A stretch of 64,000 nucleotides of DNA from Eledone cirrhosa (Eukaryota). The DNA lies in NCBI GenBank assembly GCA_964016885.1, contig OZ024753.1, forward strand, positions 28,582,001-28,646,000, in the 5' to 3' direction. A model generated the notes under the pieces. The model was not told where the DNA came from. It did no database searches and saw only the letters and a list, made by a program, of their open reading frames with translations. Positions within the stretch are counted from its first letter, which is position 1, and every line of letters starts with the position of its first letter. Position numbers and translations under genes: made by a program. Below, one piece after another: positions 13,947 through 26,340 of the stretch.

Positions 13947-14559
13947 ATATATATGTGTGTGTGTGACACCAGTACTAGGTAAGTTGTTGATCATAGACAT
14001 GGCTGAAGATTCTTCTCTACCATATAAGGTTAGGTTGATGGGTGTAAGTCAGGATGATATCGTGTGTGTGGGAGTTGGGGGATAAATATTAATTTCCTTC
14101 GATTATTTCTGGCTAGCTTAGTTACTTTTGGGAAGGGAGGGAGGATTTGATAGATGGAAGTTCTACATCTTAAAATATAATACAAAGGAATTTTTTTCAA
14201 ATAATTCTTCTTATCTTAGAAATGACACATTATTATTTTTATGACAGAAAATGAAACATTAAATACACTTTATAAGAATTTTAAATGAATATTTTTGTTG
14301 TTATTGTTGTTATGTATTGTACTAACTTGTTATATTGTGTTGTTGTTGTTGTTACTATTGATGTTGATTATTTTAATAATGTTCAGAGAGCCCTATAAAA
14401 CTTGTGATTCAATATTATTTGAAGATAAGTCTTAGGAATTATTTTATGTTGAAAAATGATTTCATTTTAAACCGAATTGAATTGAATAACATAAATGTAA
14501 ATACATTTATGTGAATAAAGTTTAAAATTAATAAATTTATGTTTATATATAAATCATGA

Positions 14560-15230
14560 ACAAACATACATACACATGTACATACACATGTACATACACA
14601 CACTTATGTACATATACACATGTACATACACATATTCATGCATCCACACGCATATGTGGATCCACACGTGAGCATACACACATACATGCATACATACATG
14701 CATTCTTACACACATATGTGCATATACACACATTTATGTATTCAAACATACATATATATATATGCATACATGCATACACACACATACATACATGCATACA
14801 CATATATGTGCATATACACACATACCTGTATACACATACATATGTGCATACACACACTTATGTACATAAACATATGCATGCGTATAAACATACATGCATA
14901 CACACATACATGTGTACAAACACATATGTGCACCTACACACATACATATATATACACATAGATGCACACACATAAATGCACATGTATACACACACAAGTA
15001 TACACACACATATATACACAAATAGAAATTTAAGGACATACAACAAATATATAAGATAACATGTATGTTTGCTTGTCTTTATTTCAGTATATGTTTATGT
15101 ATGTGTTTGTGTAATTATATGTCTGTGTATGTATATGTATGTGTTTATGTAGTTATATGTATATGTTTGCTTGTCTTTATTTCAGTGTATATATATGTAT
15201 GTGCATGTGTATGTGTAGTTATGAGTATGT
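14560..15230. repeat. (CATA/CA/TG)n low-complexity tract
   Basis: Directly visible; source of the H/T/Y/I ORFs. Confidence 0.9.
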
Positions 15231-15319
15231 TTGTGTTGATTAATATAAATATAGTCTCGCATATTTAAATATGTTTAAAAACTACATGCAGGAATATTTG
15301 TAGATATATCTAAGATTTT

Positions 15320-15602
15320 CATTTATTTTGGAAAGAGTTTGAGTGTTTATGGAAGGAAATATTTGTGACTAAGTCAAGATGATCTGATTCAAAGGAACAA
15401 GTTCATTTACCTTAGTGGGGTAGATTCTAGACTTTAGGTTGGAATGATCAACTGTTCTTTTGAGTTTCTTGTCAAAAGCTAGTGTTCTCCATCTCAAACA
15501 TTTGACCACATCTTCGGCTTTTTGTAGAAGGAGCTTTGAGTATGTCTGGTTTTAAGGGTTGGAAATATTTTTAAAGAAATTATCAATCTCATGGAGATCC
15601 AT
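15320..15602 (-). pseudogene. decayed N-terminal fragment of a PLE ORF related to the 18908 element
   Basis: MDLHEIDNFFKNISNP*NQTYSKLLLQKAEDVVKCLRWRTLAFD...KSRIYP...ELVP/FESDHLDLVTNISF aligns by eye with MDYYNITTSTKDIPIPGKSELTKLLIEKTDSFMRRLRWIAFFYD...NSRRNPP...LVQFEEELTNIIKNLKF. Confidence 0.75.
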
Positions 15603-15820
15603 TGTAGATGGTTATGGTTTTTTGTTGTGTAAGCTGTCTGAATAAGTAGAGTACTCACAAGGCAGAGTAGGTCGTCAAATTTGTGCATGGTGATAGCATG
15701 AAGAATCTGCAAATTCCGGTAATTCATTAGAATGTAGTTGAATATTGTAATAAACATCCTAGTAGGTAGAGCACTCAATCTGGGGGATGAGTTGTGTTAT
15801 ATAAAATCATATCAACAATA

Positions 15821-15973
15821 CGAGGGGGTGCTGAAAAATTCCTGGTTTTGGGTAAAAGAAAATACAGGAGGATCAATTAATTATGATTTTATTCAACATA
15901 TTCCCCTCTCAGATTCACACATTCATTGTAGCGGCCATACCTTTAAAGCCTAGAACTTTTCAGCCCCTCCTCA
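15821..15973. mobile_element. mariner-type MITE
   Basis: TA|CGAGGGGGTGCTGAAAAATTC ... GAACTTTTCAGCCCCTCCTCA|TA: TIRs with a TA TSD. Confidence 0.8.
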
Positions 15974-16156
15974 TATATTATCTGAATACATATGTTTCAC
16001 TAGGAGGGTCTATGACTCTCCCAGTTCATCAGTTGGCCATACTCTGTTGTGTATATATAGATACACACAAACACATACAGACACATGCACACACATATAC
16101 AAACACACACACGTCCCTTCAATCTATCTTATTTCTCATTCTTTCTTCTGATGAAG

Positions 16157-16369
16157 TGCGGTGGATTGGCAGTATCGGTAGAGAGATGGACGCCATGCTT
16201 TGCAGCATAGAGTTAAGGCCCTTTATGGTCTGAGTTCAACTCCCGCCGAGATTAACTTTGCCTTTCATCCTTACGGGGGGTCGATAAAATAAAGTACCAG
16301 TAATGCACTGGGGTCGATTTAATCTCCTCCCCCAAGATTGCTAGCCTTGTACCTATATAAGACACCATT
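16157..16369 (+). mobile_element. tRNA-derived SINE family B with 20-bp TSD
   Basis: B box GAGTTCAACTCC and central GCCTTTCATCCTTACGGGGGGTCGATAAAATAAAGTACCAG. CATTCTTTCTTCTGATGAAG is duplicated at 16137-16156 and 16366-16385. Confidence 0.85.
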
Positions 16370-16560
16370 CTTTCTTCTGATGAAGGACTAGCATCTGAAA
16401 TGTTAAGACCCTCTTCCTGCTATTTCAAGCGTTAACCTAATACATTCCTTCCATATACTGTACTGATTGTGTTCTTATTTCTGTTTACCTTTTAAATATA
16501 TATATATTTTTTTCCAATTCCATCCCACCCGTCCCCTCAATCTATTTTATTTCTCATTCT

Positions 16561-16598
16561 GTCTTCTGATGAAGGACTAACGTCCAAAACGTTAAGAC
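16561..16598 (+). ncRNA. minimal type-I hammerhead ribozyme (G12A variant in this copy)
   Basis: GTCTT-CTGATGA-A-GGAC TAAC GTCC-AAAA-CG-TT-AAGAC. The sister unit at ~16372-16409 retains GAAA. Confidence 0.7.
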
Positions 16599-16678
16599 CC
16601 TCTTCCTGCTATATCAAGCGTTAACCTAATATATACCTTCCATATATTGTACCGATTGTGTTGTTATTTCTGTTTACC

Positions 16679-16751
<73 letters not shown>

Positions 16752-16755
16752 ATAG

Positions 16756-17165
16756 ATTATGAAGAGAGAAGAAACATTAGATATAATTAGTAATAAGATA
16801 TATCATACCTAAACTGCTTAGCTCTGTTTCTTGACCGCTGTATCACGTGATTGACTCCCCCTCCACTTTTCGGGATTCTATCTCGCATCTTACGGACGTG
16901 TTTTGAAACCCTTAATGAGGTATCCTCTTGATAAGTCGGCAGACCTCGCATAATATGCCACGAAACTAGAGGGACTAGAGAAGCAGTTTAGGTATGATAT
17001 ATCTTATTACTAATTATATCTAATGTTTCTTCTCTCTTCATAATGTATTATATAGCTCTGATACTGAATCAATCTAATCCATTCAGATTGGTTTGTCCCA
17101 GTTATTCATAGAGCAACATCGGTTGAGGTTTGTACCACTAACTCAAGGATATATGTGGATATATT
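16756..17165 (+). mobile_element. PLE-type hairpin insertion (inverted arm, decayed HHR, tail) in (TA)n
   Basis: 16756-16819 is the reverse complement of 16981-17044. Contains a TTGATAA...TGCCAC-GAAA-CTAG relic; the tail has a GCTC...GAGC stem. Confidence 0.65.
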
Positions 17166-17210
17166 CATGTATATGTATGTGTCCGCATGTATCTGTGTGT
17201 TTCTCTATAT

Positions 17211-17258
<48 letters not shown>

Positions 17259-17734
17259 CATATCCCATTTAACTGATGCTAACAGGTAGAAAAAAAAGCC
17301 CAAAAAGTTCAGTTAACCAAAATTTTTAGAAAATAAAAAATAAATAAATAAATAAAAAAATAAAAACAATGGTAATGAAGAAGTAAAAACAAACAAACAA
17401 AAACGAACATTATATAACATATAAATGACAAAAAAAAAATCAACCAAACAATTTGTTGATTCTTTTATTGAAAGACATTATAATAATGAAACCCAATGGC
17501 TAATTACAACATCTCTATATGTGGCAGCCAGTTACATGTATTTCAACACCATTGCACAGATTTAATAGGTTTCTCACTATAACATAAATAATAATTTTAT
17601 AATTGTTATGTTCATGTTTCTTTCATCTTAACATGTGATTTTCCATTAGAAATTTAATTAATGCGATTATTAGTGCGTTTGGGTTTGTTTTTGTGTTTGC
17701 ATGCATAACACATACATATAATATATATATATAT

Positions 17735-18480
17735 ATGAAGAGGCGGATTTTCAGGTCTTTACGAAGGTCTGACTTCCACACCGATCTCAAGCTGTGGCAC
17801 ACTGCCCAGGCTTTGCTCTTCCTCTCAACCACATCATCTTCCGTATTCACAATCTTTGCTCCCAAATACAGGAAGTCCTCAACCAATTCTAGCGGCTTCC
17901 CGCCTACATTAGTGATCCCCTCTGGCTTCTCAACATTCTCTACCAGATATTTTGTTTTAGTCTCATTCATTCTCAGCCCCACACTCATCCACACAGTCTC
18001 AACCTCCCGCATCAAATCCTCTGGTCCTTCACTGTATTTGTCACCAAAACTATGTCGTAGTGGAGTCTGTGCTGTTGTACGGGTCTGAGACTTGGACACT
18101 GACCAAGAAACTCACTCAGATGGTGGATGGGTGCTACACGAGAATGCTGAGGATGGCTCTGAACATTAATCAGTATACACTGAGGATGAAAAACTCAGAG
18201 CTGTATGGGAGCATCCCAAAAGTCAGCTCAAAAGTGACACAGAGGAGACTGAGGTTAGCTGGACATGCTCACTGACATCCAGAGTTGACATTGCACTCAG
18301 TGCTCCTGTGGGAGCCTCTACATGGACACACTAGAAGAGGAAGACCAAGGTTAACGTATGTTGATACCCTAAGGACAGACACTGGTCTGTTGGAGATGCA
18401 GGTCATGGCAGCGATAATGAGAGACAGAGACCGCTGGAGAGAACTCGTCCATGGATCTCGGGAATGTTACCCGCCTTAGA
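17735..18480 (+). mobile_element. RTE-group LINE 3' fragment with 5' inversion
   Basis: Minus 17735-~18050 reads VGLRMNETKTKY...DFLYLG...DLKIRLF. Plus ~18055-18479 reads VESVLLYGSETWTL...RRLRLAGH...RGRPRLTYVD...DRDRWR. Flanked by (TA)n. Confidence 0.9.
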
Positions 18481-18492
18481 TATATATATATA

Positions 18493-18664
18493 TAATATAG
18501 ATGAGATTCTACAGGACTAGAACTGTTTCATTCTTTAGATTTCTAAAGAATGAAACAGTTCTAGTCCTGTAGAATCTCATCTATATTAAAACTTTTATAC
18601 TCTGCTATGTATTGAGTACCTTACTTACTGTGGTTACCTCCGATTCAACCTGGAATAACTTACC

Positions 18665-18665
<1 letters not shown>
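18493..18665 (+). mobile_element. short PLE hairpin insertion (47-bp perfect arms plus tail)
   Basis: Perfect palindrome at 18493-18588 and tail ATACTC..GAGTACC...AACTTACCT. Related pieces at 11160-11205 and 53420-53490. Confidence 0.75.
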
Positions 18666-18697
<32 letters not shown>

Positions 18698-18727
18698 AGA
18701 TCAAAAGATGGTTAAAAGAGTTCCATG

Positions 18728-18798
18728 TATTTTATTATGCGCATTTCAAAAACAAATATCATCATACGATGACATTTGCGTTTTCGTCAGATAAAATA
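18728..18798 (-). ncRNA. type-I hammerhead ribozyme (inverted pLTR copy)
   Basis: Near-exact reverse complement of the motif at 22479-22548. Confidence 0.8.
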
Positions 18799-18907
18799 GG
18801 GAGACATGATATGAAGGTTAAAAAACACTTGTGAATGGTGCAGTTTTAAATCAACATATGAAAAGTAGTTTTAGATTGATGTGTGATATTGATTTTTCTT
18901 CTACAAC

Positions 18908-21314
18908 ATGGATTATTACAACATAACCACTTCAACTAAAGACATTCCTATACCTGGTAAATCTGAACTCACCAAACTTCTAATTGAAAAACTGACTCCT
19001 TTATGAGAAGGCTTAGATGGATAGCTTTTTTCTATGACCAGCGCCTAAAAGGGAACTTCTATACCAAGGAACATAACTTTCTCGATCATTTATTTAATTC
19101 TAGAAGAAATCCTCCTTCCAACAAAAATCTAGTGCAATTTGAGGAGGAGTTAACTAACATTATAAAAAATCTTAAATTCAAGAGAAACCCTTACAGAGGA
19201 CAAGAGCACCTTGTAAATCTCAAGAACACTATTTTAAACCAAAATTCCTCAAAAAATGTTTTAGTCCACTCCGACAAAACAAATAATTTATATGGTAATT
19301 CTAAGGATAACTATAACAACCTTATCCTTAAGGAACTTAGGAAAAAATATCGCAAAACCAACCATGATAATTTAGAATCCATAAACTTTGAAGCTTCTGA
19401 GATTATGTCAAAACTTGGCATCGGAAAAAAGACCGAACCATTCCTCCCAAGAACTCCGAGGATAAATCTCAAGGATCACAAAAACAACTTTCGTACTGAA
19501 CTACCTGTTAGACTAATCGTCCCCTCTAAATCTGATCTGGGGGTTGTTAGCAAAGCCATCTTGGATAGAATTATCCCACAGGTTCGTTCTAATTGCTCTA
19601 CTTCGAACTTAAATTTATGGTTTGGTACTTCTGAAGTGATTAGCTGGTTCAACAAATTGAATAAGAAAAACAAACAAAAATTTATTCAATTTGATATTGC
19701 CAGCTACTATTCTTCTATTTCGCCCTCACTTCTCAACAATGCTCTATCTTTCGCTTAGAAATATTTAGACATCACCACAGATGAACTTCACATCATTCTC
19801 ACCGCACGTAAAACCATCCTAGAGTTCAACAATGAATATTGGACCAGAGCTGATACCTCTAACAACTTTGACATCACAATGGGAGCATCCAATTCATCCC
19901 AATTGACAGATTTAATTGGTATCTTTATTTTGAACTCTTTGAATCGGAAAATTCCTCAACTTCGCGGTGGAATTTATCGTGACGATGGATTTTTTACTAT
20001 CTTAAATTGCAACATAGTTAACCTTAATATTATTAAGAACAATATACGTAATCTCTTTAACCAACATAACTTAAAAATTGAATTTTATAACAACATCAAA
20101 CTAGCTAATTTCTTGGATGTATCTCTTAATCTTGACACTGGCCTATATTACCCTTACCATAAAAACAATGAGAATCTAAATTATGTTAATTTTAAATCTA
20201 ACCACCCCACTAATATTAAGAATGCTATAGTTAGTAATATTTGAAAAAGAATATCCAACCTATCATCTAATAAAAACATCTTTGATGCTAACGCCAATTA
20301 CTATAATAATGCGCTTTCTAAAGCCGGTTATCCTGATAAAATCAAATATAGTAAAGAAACAAATTCTAGAAGATCTTACAGTAGTATAATTAATCATGAT
20401 CATTCCAATAACTTTAATAAAAGACCTAGATACAAAAACATAATCTGGTATAATGCTCCTTTCTCCATCTCTATTAATAATAATATTCCTAAATTACTCT
20501 TTAGTGCCTTAAATAAATGCTTCCCTCCCTCACATATCTATAGTAAAATATTTAACAAACACACTATAAAATTTTCCTATTCGACCTCCTCCAACATCTC
20601 CAACATTATCTCTAAAAACAACAATAAAATACTAAATACTAAATCTCTTCCTTCCAACACTGAATATCATAATAATAGTAATAGTACTCCCGACGTCATT
20701 GTTAACTCTAGGCAAATTTCTGCAAACCCAAATACAACGTCAAACGCAACTTCGTTAAATGTTCTTAATCCCAATCTAAATCAAGAAACTATTATTCCTA
20801 TCGTAAATAACTTCTCCAATCCAATTCCTTCTATAGATAACATTAGGTCACTTGTTAATAACTTTATTAATTTCTCTAATCACAATTGTAATTGCCCTGT
20901 TAAAAATAAATGTCCTCTCAACAACCATTGTCTTGAAAAAAACTTAATCTATGAATGTAAAGTTATAACTGACACCAATTCCTTTACCTATTTTGGCTCC
21001 ACTTCCACCTCCTTTAAAGCTCGTCTTTATAATCATCATTCATCTTTTAAATACCAACTTAAAAGAACCAAACGGCACTCTCAGAACTCATATGGTCCTT
21101 GAAAGACAAAAATATTAACTATAACATCTCTTGGAGGAAGGTTTGTTCTGCTTCTCCATACTTGAATGCCTCTCTATCCAAGATATGTAATCTCTGTTTA
21201 TGTGAGAAATTTACCATTATATCTAATTTAGATTCTATAATAAATAGATGCACTGACTTGTTTTCTCTCTACTTGCATAAATTCCACAGAACATTCCATA
21301 AAGTATACAGCTAA
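18908..21314 (+). pseudogene. PLE polyprotein (RT plus C-terminal GIY-YIG endonuclease), ~800 codons, four lesions
   Basis: Motifs FIQFDIASYYSSI, FDITMGASNSS, GIYRDDG, NFLDVSLNL, KSNHP, IIWYNAPFS, CNCPVKNKCPLNNHC, NLIYEC...TYFGST, FKARLYNH, CNLCLCEK. Frameshifts at ~18990 and ~21072; stops at 19756 and 20242. Confidence 0.92.
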
Positions 21315-22478
21315 TATCTAATACTTTACCAATTTAAAATCCTTTTTCTCAAAGGCACATATATATATATACATATATATTTCTTTAAAAATATACCCAT
21401 CTTTCTACCTTATTTCAATGTTATTTATTATATATTATATAATACTAGTTACTCATTCTATATCACTCCTATTTATCACTTCCCTTTCTTCCTTTTTTCC
21501 TTTTTTCTTTTAATTTCTAACCTCTAATCTGTACCTTTTCTTCCTAGATACTTCTCAATTCTCATTATTACTCACAATATATCCACTCTTCCTTCTCCCA
21601 TCCTATCACTGGCCATAAAATTTACTATTACCCTTTTAAATAATTTATAGTATCACCTTGAAAAATCCTTCGTAAACATAAACATTTTTTTTTACGTTAG
21701 ATTATTCATCCTCAATTCATTATTTTTTTCTCCCTTTCATGCTCATCTAACTTCTACTCATCACAACACATAATCAAACTAAAACCCTAACTAATCTCTT
21801 TTATTACATTATATTATTACCATTAGGAAATACTTCATAAACATACATATTTTGATGTTAAGGTCTTCTCCTTAAACACTATCTCCTTCTTTGCTTTCTG
21901 CGCTCATTTGTAAACAAACTATTTACATATATTAATTCATCCACTTTTCACAATATATCCTTAATTATATTACTATTTTTATATTTTTTTTAATAATACA
22001 TATCAACAATTTCTTTCCATCGCACATATTATTAAACCCTTCAATATTCAAACCTTAACTTAATATTATTCTTAATACATATTAACAATTTCTTTTCATC
22101 GCACATATTATTAAACCCTTCAATATACAAACCTTAATTTAACATTATTCTTAAATTTTTCTCTTCGTTAATTTTCAAATTCTTTTAATTTATATATTAT
22201 CTTCCAACGGTTTTTTAACCTCTCTCTGTAAAACAATATATTTTTCTCAATTATAAAAGCTATCTCTCTCTCTCTATCACCCATCTCTCCTCCTATCTCA
22301 TCCTTCCTTATTATACTCCTCCCCCTCCATTCTTTACTCTCATCTCCTCCTCTTTTTCATCCCCCCCCCTCAATTTTTTTCCCCAATATCACACATCAAT
22401 CTAAAACAACTTTTCATATGTTGATTTAAAACTGCACCATTCACAGGTGTTTTTTAACCTTCATATCATGTCTCTCCC

Positions 22479-22548
22479 TATTTTATCTGACGAAACGCAA
22501 ATGTCATCGCATGCTGATATTTGTTTTTGAAATGCGCATAATAAAATA
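22479..22548 (+). ncRNA. type-I hammerhead ribozyme in PLE pLTR
   Basis: Stem I TATTTTAT/ATAAAATA, CTGACGA, long stem II, GAAA, palindromic TGCGCA stem III, TA cleavage site. Confidence 0.88.
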
Positions 22549-22674
22549 CATGGAACTCTTTTAACCATCTTTTGATCTTATATATTATTTATACTCCAGT
22601 CCTACAAACTGTAGAGTGCTACTTATCCGATATCTGCATTGCTTTATTGTACTACAATAAAACTCACCTCCTAC

Positions 22675-22766
<92 letters not shown>

Positions 22767-22798
22767 TATTATATTATATATATGTATATATATATATA

Positions 22799-22878
<80 letters not shown>

Positions 22879-22916
22879 GAAATTACATGAATCAAAGTTC
22901 TGTTTAAACCATTTAT

Positions 22917-22965
22917 TCGCTTACAATTGTTTCTTCCAAACCGAGGTTTGGAGTCTTCGGAGCAA
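22917..22965 (-). ncRNA. type-I hammerhead ribozyme with CCGAAGA core
   Basis: Minus strand: TTGCT-CCGAAGA-C-TCCAAACC TC GGTTTGGA-A-GAAA-CAATTG-TA-AGCGA. Confidence 0.75.
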
Positions 22966-23409
22966 TTTTTCATTGATTTTTTACATACTTGACCTCCATT
23001 CCAACACAAGAGACATACAGAAACATATGTATATATTGATGCACAGGAGGTTGACATCCATTATAATATGGCAATTTACATTCAAAGATTAAGGTCATAT
23101 TAAAGAACAAAATTAAAGTTAAAATACAACAGTGGCAGTTTACGAAGATAAAGCAAGAGGATAGTTTGAAGTAGTTAGTGTATGCAATAGTTACACGTGG
23201 GGCATGAACGTGTGTCTTATTTATATAAGATTATAGTGCGGCAGGGTGTTATATGTAATACAAGCACTTTAAGCGGGCAATCAAGAGTATATATATATAT
23301 ATATGTATATGTATATATATATGTATATATATATATACATATATATGTGTGTGTGTGTATATATATATATATGTGTGTGTATATATATGTATGTAAATAT
23401 GTATATATG

Positions 23410-23440
<31 letters not shown>

Positions 23441-23443
23441 ATA

Positions 23444-23486
<43 letters not shown>

Positions 23487-24136
23487 ATATATATATATAT
23501 TGGTAAAAGGAAAAGAAAATGCTGACAAATTGTTCCCAGTGAAAAATAGTTTAATTAGGAATAAGTAAAAATTAGTAATAAGTATTGGTTAGTATTCAGT
23601 TTTGGTTTTAAGTTTTTACTGGTTGCACATTTCTAATGCTTTTCAAAAATAATTTTGAGATAGAGCGCCCGTGATGTTTGCTCTAATTAGATTAAATAAC
23701 TCCACCTCAGAAAAATATCTAAGGTCTGAGGTGGAGTTATTTAATTTTATCTGGGTACCTATTGATAAACACAGAAAAAGTTGATTAACTCACAGCTAAT
23801 TAGTTAATTATTTTACTATTATACCATCCTTTGTGAAACATGTTTGAAGTTTGAAGTTCTGACCGATCTGCGGAAAAAGTTTGTATTTTGAATTTTAAAC
23901 GTGTCTAGGTACCAAGGCTTTTTGCCCATAAGAGTCTGTGAGTATTGATTTATTATTTTTTAGATCGTACAGGCAGACTTTATGTTGTTGAATTAAGATA
24001 TTTTCACTCTAGCGATTTTATTAGTCAATTGCAACTAAAACATGTAAATGTTCATCAAATATTAATTTATACTGCTCAGAAGCGATTCTTAGAGCTGAAA
24101 TGATTGTAAATGACCCCATTGAGTCTAAACTCTAAG

Positions 24137-24226
<90 letters not shown>

Positions 24227-24275
24227 TACATACATACACATATATATATACATATATATATATACATACATATAT

Positions 24276-24882
24276 GGTGGCTGCCAACTCGTTTTCGAGT
24301 ACGGCCACTTCTTTATATCCATGTAGGAGAACCCCTACCGATGCTCTGAACGAGTGTGACTTTTTAGTCCAGCCAGCGACTTGAAAACTCTGGTACAAAC
24401 ACTACACTTGTGACAATTATTGACACATAGTGCTGGGCCCATGGTACCATGTACGACAAGTGCAGAGAGATCTCCAGATATAAAGCAATGCCTGTGCCAT
24501 GAAGCTTTTATAGTGAGCAAAGGCACTGCACAAAGCCAGTCCCACTCTCTTAACCAAGATGATATTTACCAAAAAGAAGAACAAGTCAACATCATTGGAT
24601 ACCATCAGGGTTGCAGGTGTTATATCAGAGTTTTCCTTCTCCTAGAATTCTGCCTTGACAAAGGCTAAGGGGTCATCTCTCCCGGTGATTTTGGATGGCC
24701 ATTGACTCTTAAGAGCTCCTTTGCCCTTTGACAGGTTTTGTTTTTAGTCCTGCAGGATGTCCAAAGTCACCCTACTCACTAAGAAACCTTGGTGGGGTTG
24801 CCAGTTTAGTCGCCAATGACCTGACCATGGGACAGGTTGTACTGGGATACATGTTACCAGTAGCACCAACTGGTGACCTGAC
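24276..24882 (-). mobile_element. ~600-bp bipartite non-autonomous RTE derivative
   Basis: RTE-like 5'UTR (GGCGACTAAACTGGCAACCCC, GGAGAAGGAAAACTCTGAT) fused to a C2H2 finger end HKCSVCTRVFKSLAGLKSHTRSEHR*. Near-identical copies at 39528 and 56296. Confidence 0.82.
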
Positions 24883-24928
24883 ATACATATATATATATAT
24901 ATATATACATACATACATATATATACAT

Positions 24929-24975
<47 letters not shown>

Positions 24976-25015
24976 CATCTAATGGTGTTTTCCCCTCCTT
25001 TATTCTTTACTTATA

Positions 25016-25081
<66 letters not shown>

Positions 25082-25084
25082 CAT

Positions 25085-25432
25085 GGAGGCACATAGCTTA
25101 GTGGTTAGAGCATTGGCCTTGCAATCGAAAGGTCGTGAGTTCAATTCTCAGACCAGGTGATGTGTTGTTTCCTTGAGCAAGACACTTTATTTCACATTGC
25201 TCCAGTTTACTCAACTGTAGAAATGAGATGATAGGGACTGGGGTCCCTATCATTCCACTGCAAAGTGGTCGTGGAGGTGCCACGGCAAAAAAGCACCCAG
25301 CACTCACTGTAAATGAGGTTGGTGTTAGGAAGGGCATCCAGCTGTAGAAATCAAGCCAGAATCAGTTCCCATCCCACCCTTGCAAGCAGGGAAAAGCGGA
25401 CGTAAAATGAAATGATGAATGAAATGAAATGA
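25085..25432 (+). mobile_element. family A SINE with RTE-LINE-derived tail (tail type 1)
   Basis: tRNA head (TAGCTTAGTGG, GAGTTCAATTCT), core CCTTGAGCAAGACACTTTA, and 3' end CCCACCCTTGCAAGCAGGGAAAAGCGGACGTAAAATG. Confidence 0.85.
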
Positions 25433-26340
25433 TACACACACACAATATATGTATATATATATATATATATATATAGATATAGATCATCAACTCTAGAGAG
25501 GTTTCTACTTTCTGTCTCCAACACTAGAGAGATTTCTATTTCCTGTCATCAACCACCTTACAGAATTAGTACAGTGGAGAAAATGTTTTGTGTCTTGTTT
25601 ACATTCTCAGTTCAAATCCCACCAAGGTCAACTTTGTCTTTCATCATCCGACGTCAGTAAAATAAAGTAAGAGTCAAGCATTGGGGTCAATTTATTGAAC
25701 TTTCCTCTCCCCTCAAAATCGTTTTGATTTTCCTTTATTTACTATATGCATGGCCTTCTTTAAATTACAAAATGGTGGTTGCATCACATTAAAAATTAAA
25801 GTCTTTACTTTAATTAACTGAAAATATTCACAATGATGTGTCCTCTAGTTATTATTCCATAACCATTTGAATTAACAAGTCACATTACTGAGGAAGAATA
25901 CCAAACATAACTAAGACTATATTATGTTAAAATGCTACACACTTTCATAACAATCTCTCAAGTTGTAAAGTTACTATAAATATTTTAATTAACAAACCCA
26001 ATTTTAGATATTTTCTGCTAAGTCCTTACAGGATGTTAAAAGTTAAAGGTTATGTAATATTTTCGTTTGACTTTGACAAATTTTATGGAGTAATTTAAAT
26101 TTTATAAAATCAATTGATTTTTACAGAAGACAAATATCAAAATGGAACCAAAATAGAAAAATAATGGCATTAAAAGTAATTTAGTTTTATAAATATTTTT
26201 AATATATGTGATGTTTGTTCTTTTGTTTGGACCATATTATTACATGTTTCTGCAGCACTTAGAATCTTACACAGAATGACAATTAATAATGGATTACTTC
26301 AGATGGCAAATATTTTCAGATTAAAGTAGAGATAAGTACA

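Larger units (their letters stand above)
16112..16684 (+). mobile_element. tandem pair of ~155-190-bp HHR-containing non-coding units (retrozyme/PLE-derived)
   Basis: Unit CGTCCC.TCAATCTAT...CTTCTGATGAAGGACT..(G/A)AAA(T/C)GTTAAGAC...TTTACCTTTTA occurs twice. Further copies at 55830-55970 (+) and 32737-32830 (-, partial). Confidence 0.75.
18689..22674 (+). mobile_element. near full-length Penelope-like retroelement (probably Hydra-type) with inverted 5' pLTR and 3' pLTR plus tail
   Basis: 18689-18891 is the reverse complement of 22384-22588. RT and GIY-YIG coding region lies between; HHR in the pLTR; (TA)n on both sides. Confidence 0.93.

Noticed and set aside
22572-23568. YIYI/VCVC-rich ORFs here and at ~14556, 55488, 57773 and 60091
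   Set aside because: Translations of (TA)n, (CA)n and (TG)n tracts.
25085-25160. apparent tRNA-Cys-like gene (TTGCAAT loop)
   Set aside because: Continues into the SINE core and is multicopy; it is a SINE head, not a tRNA gene.
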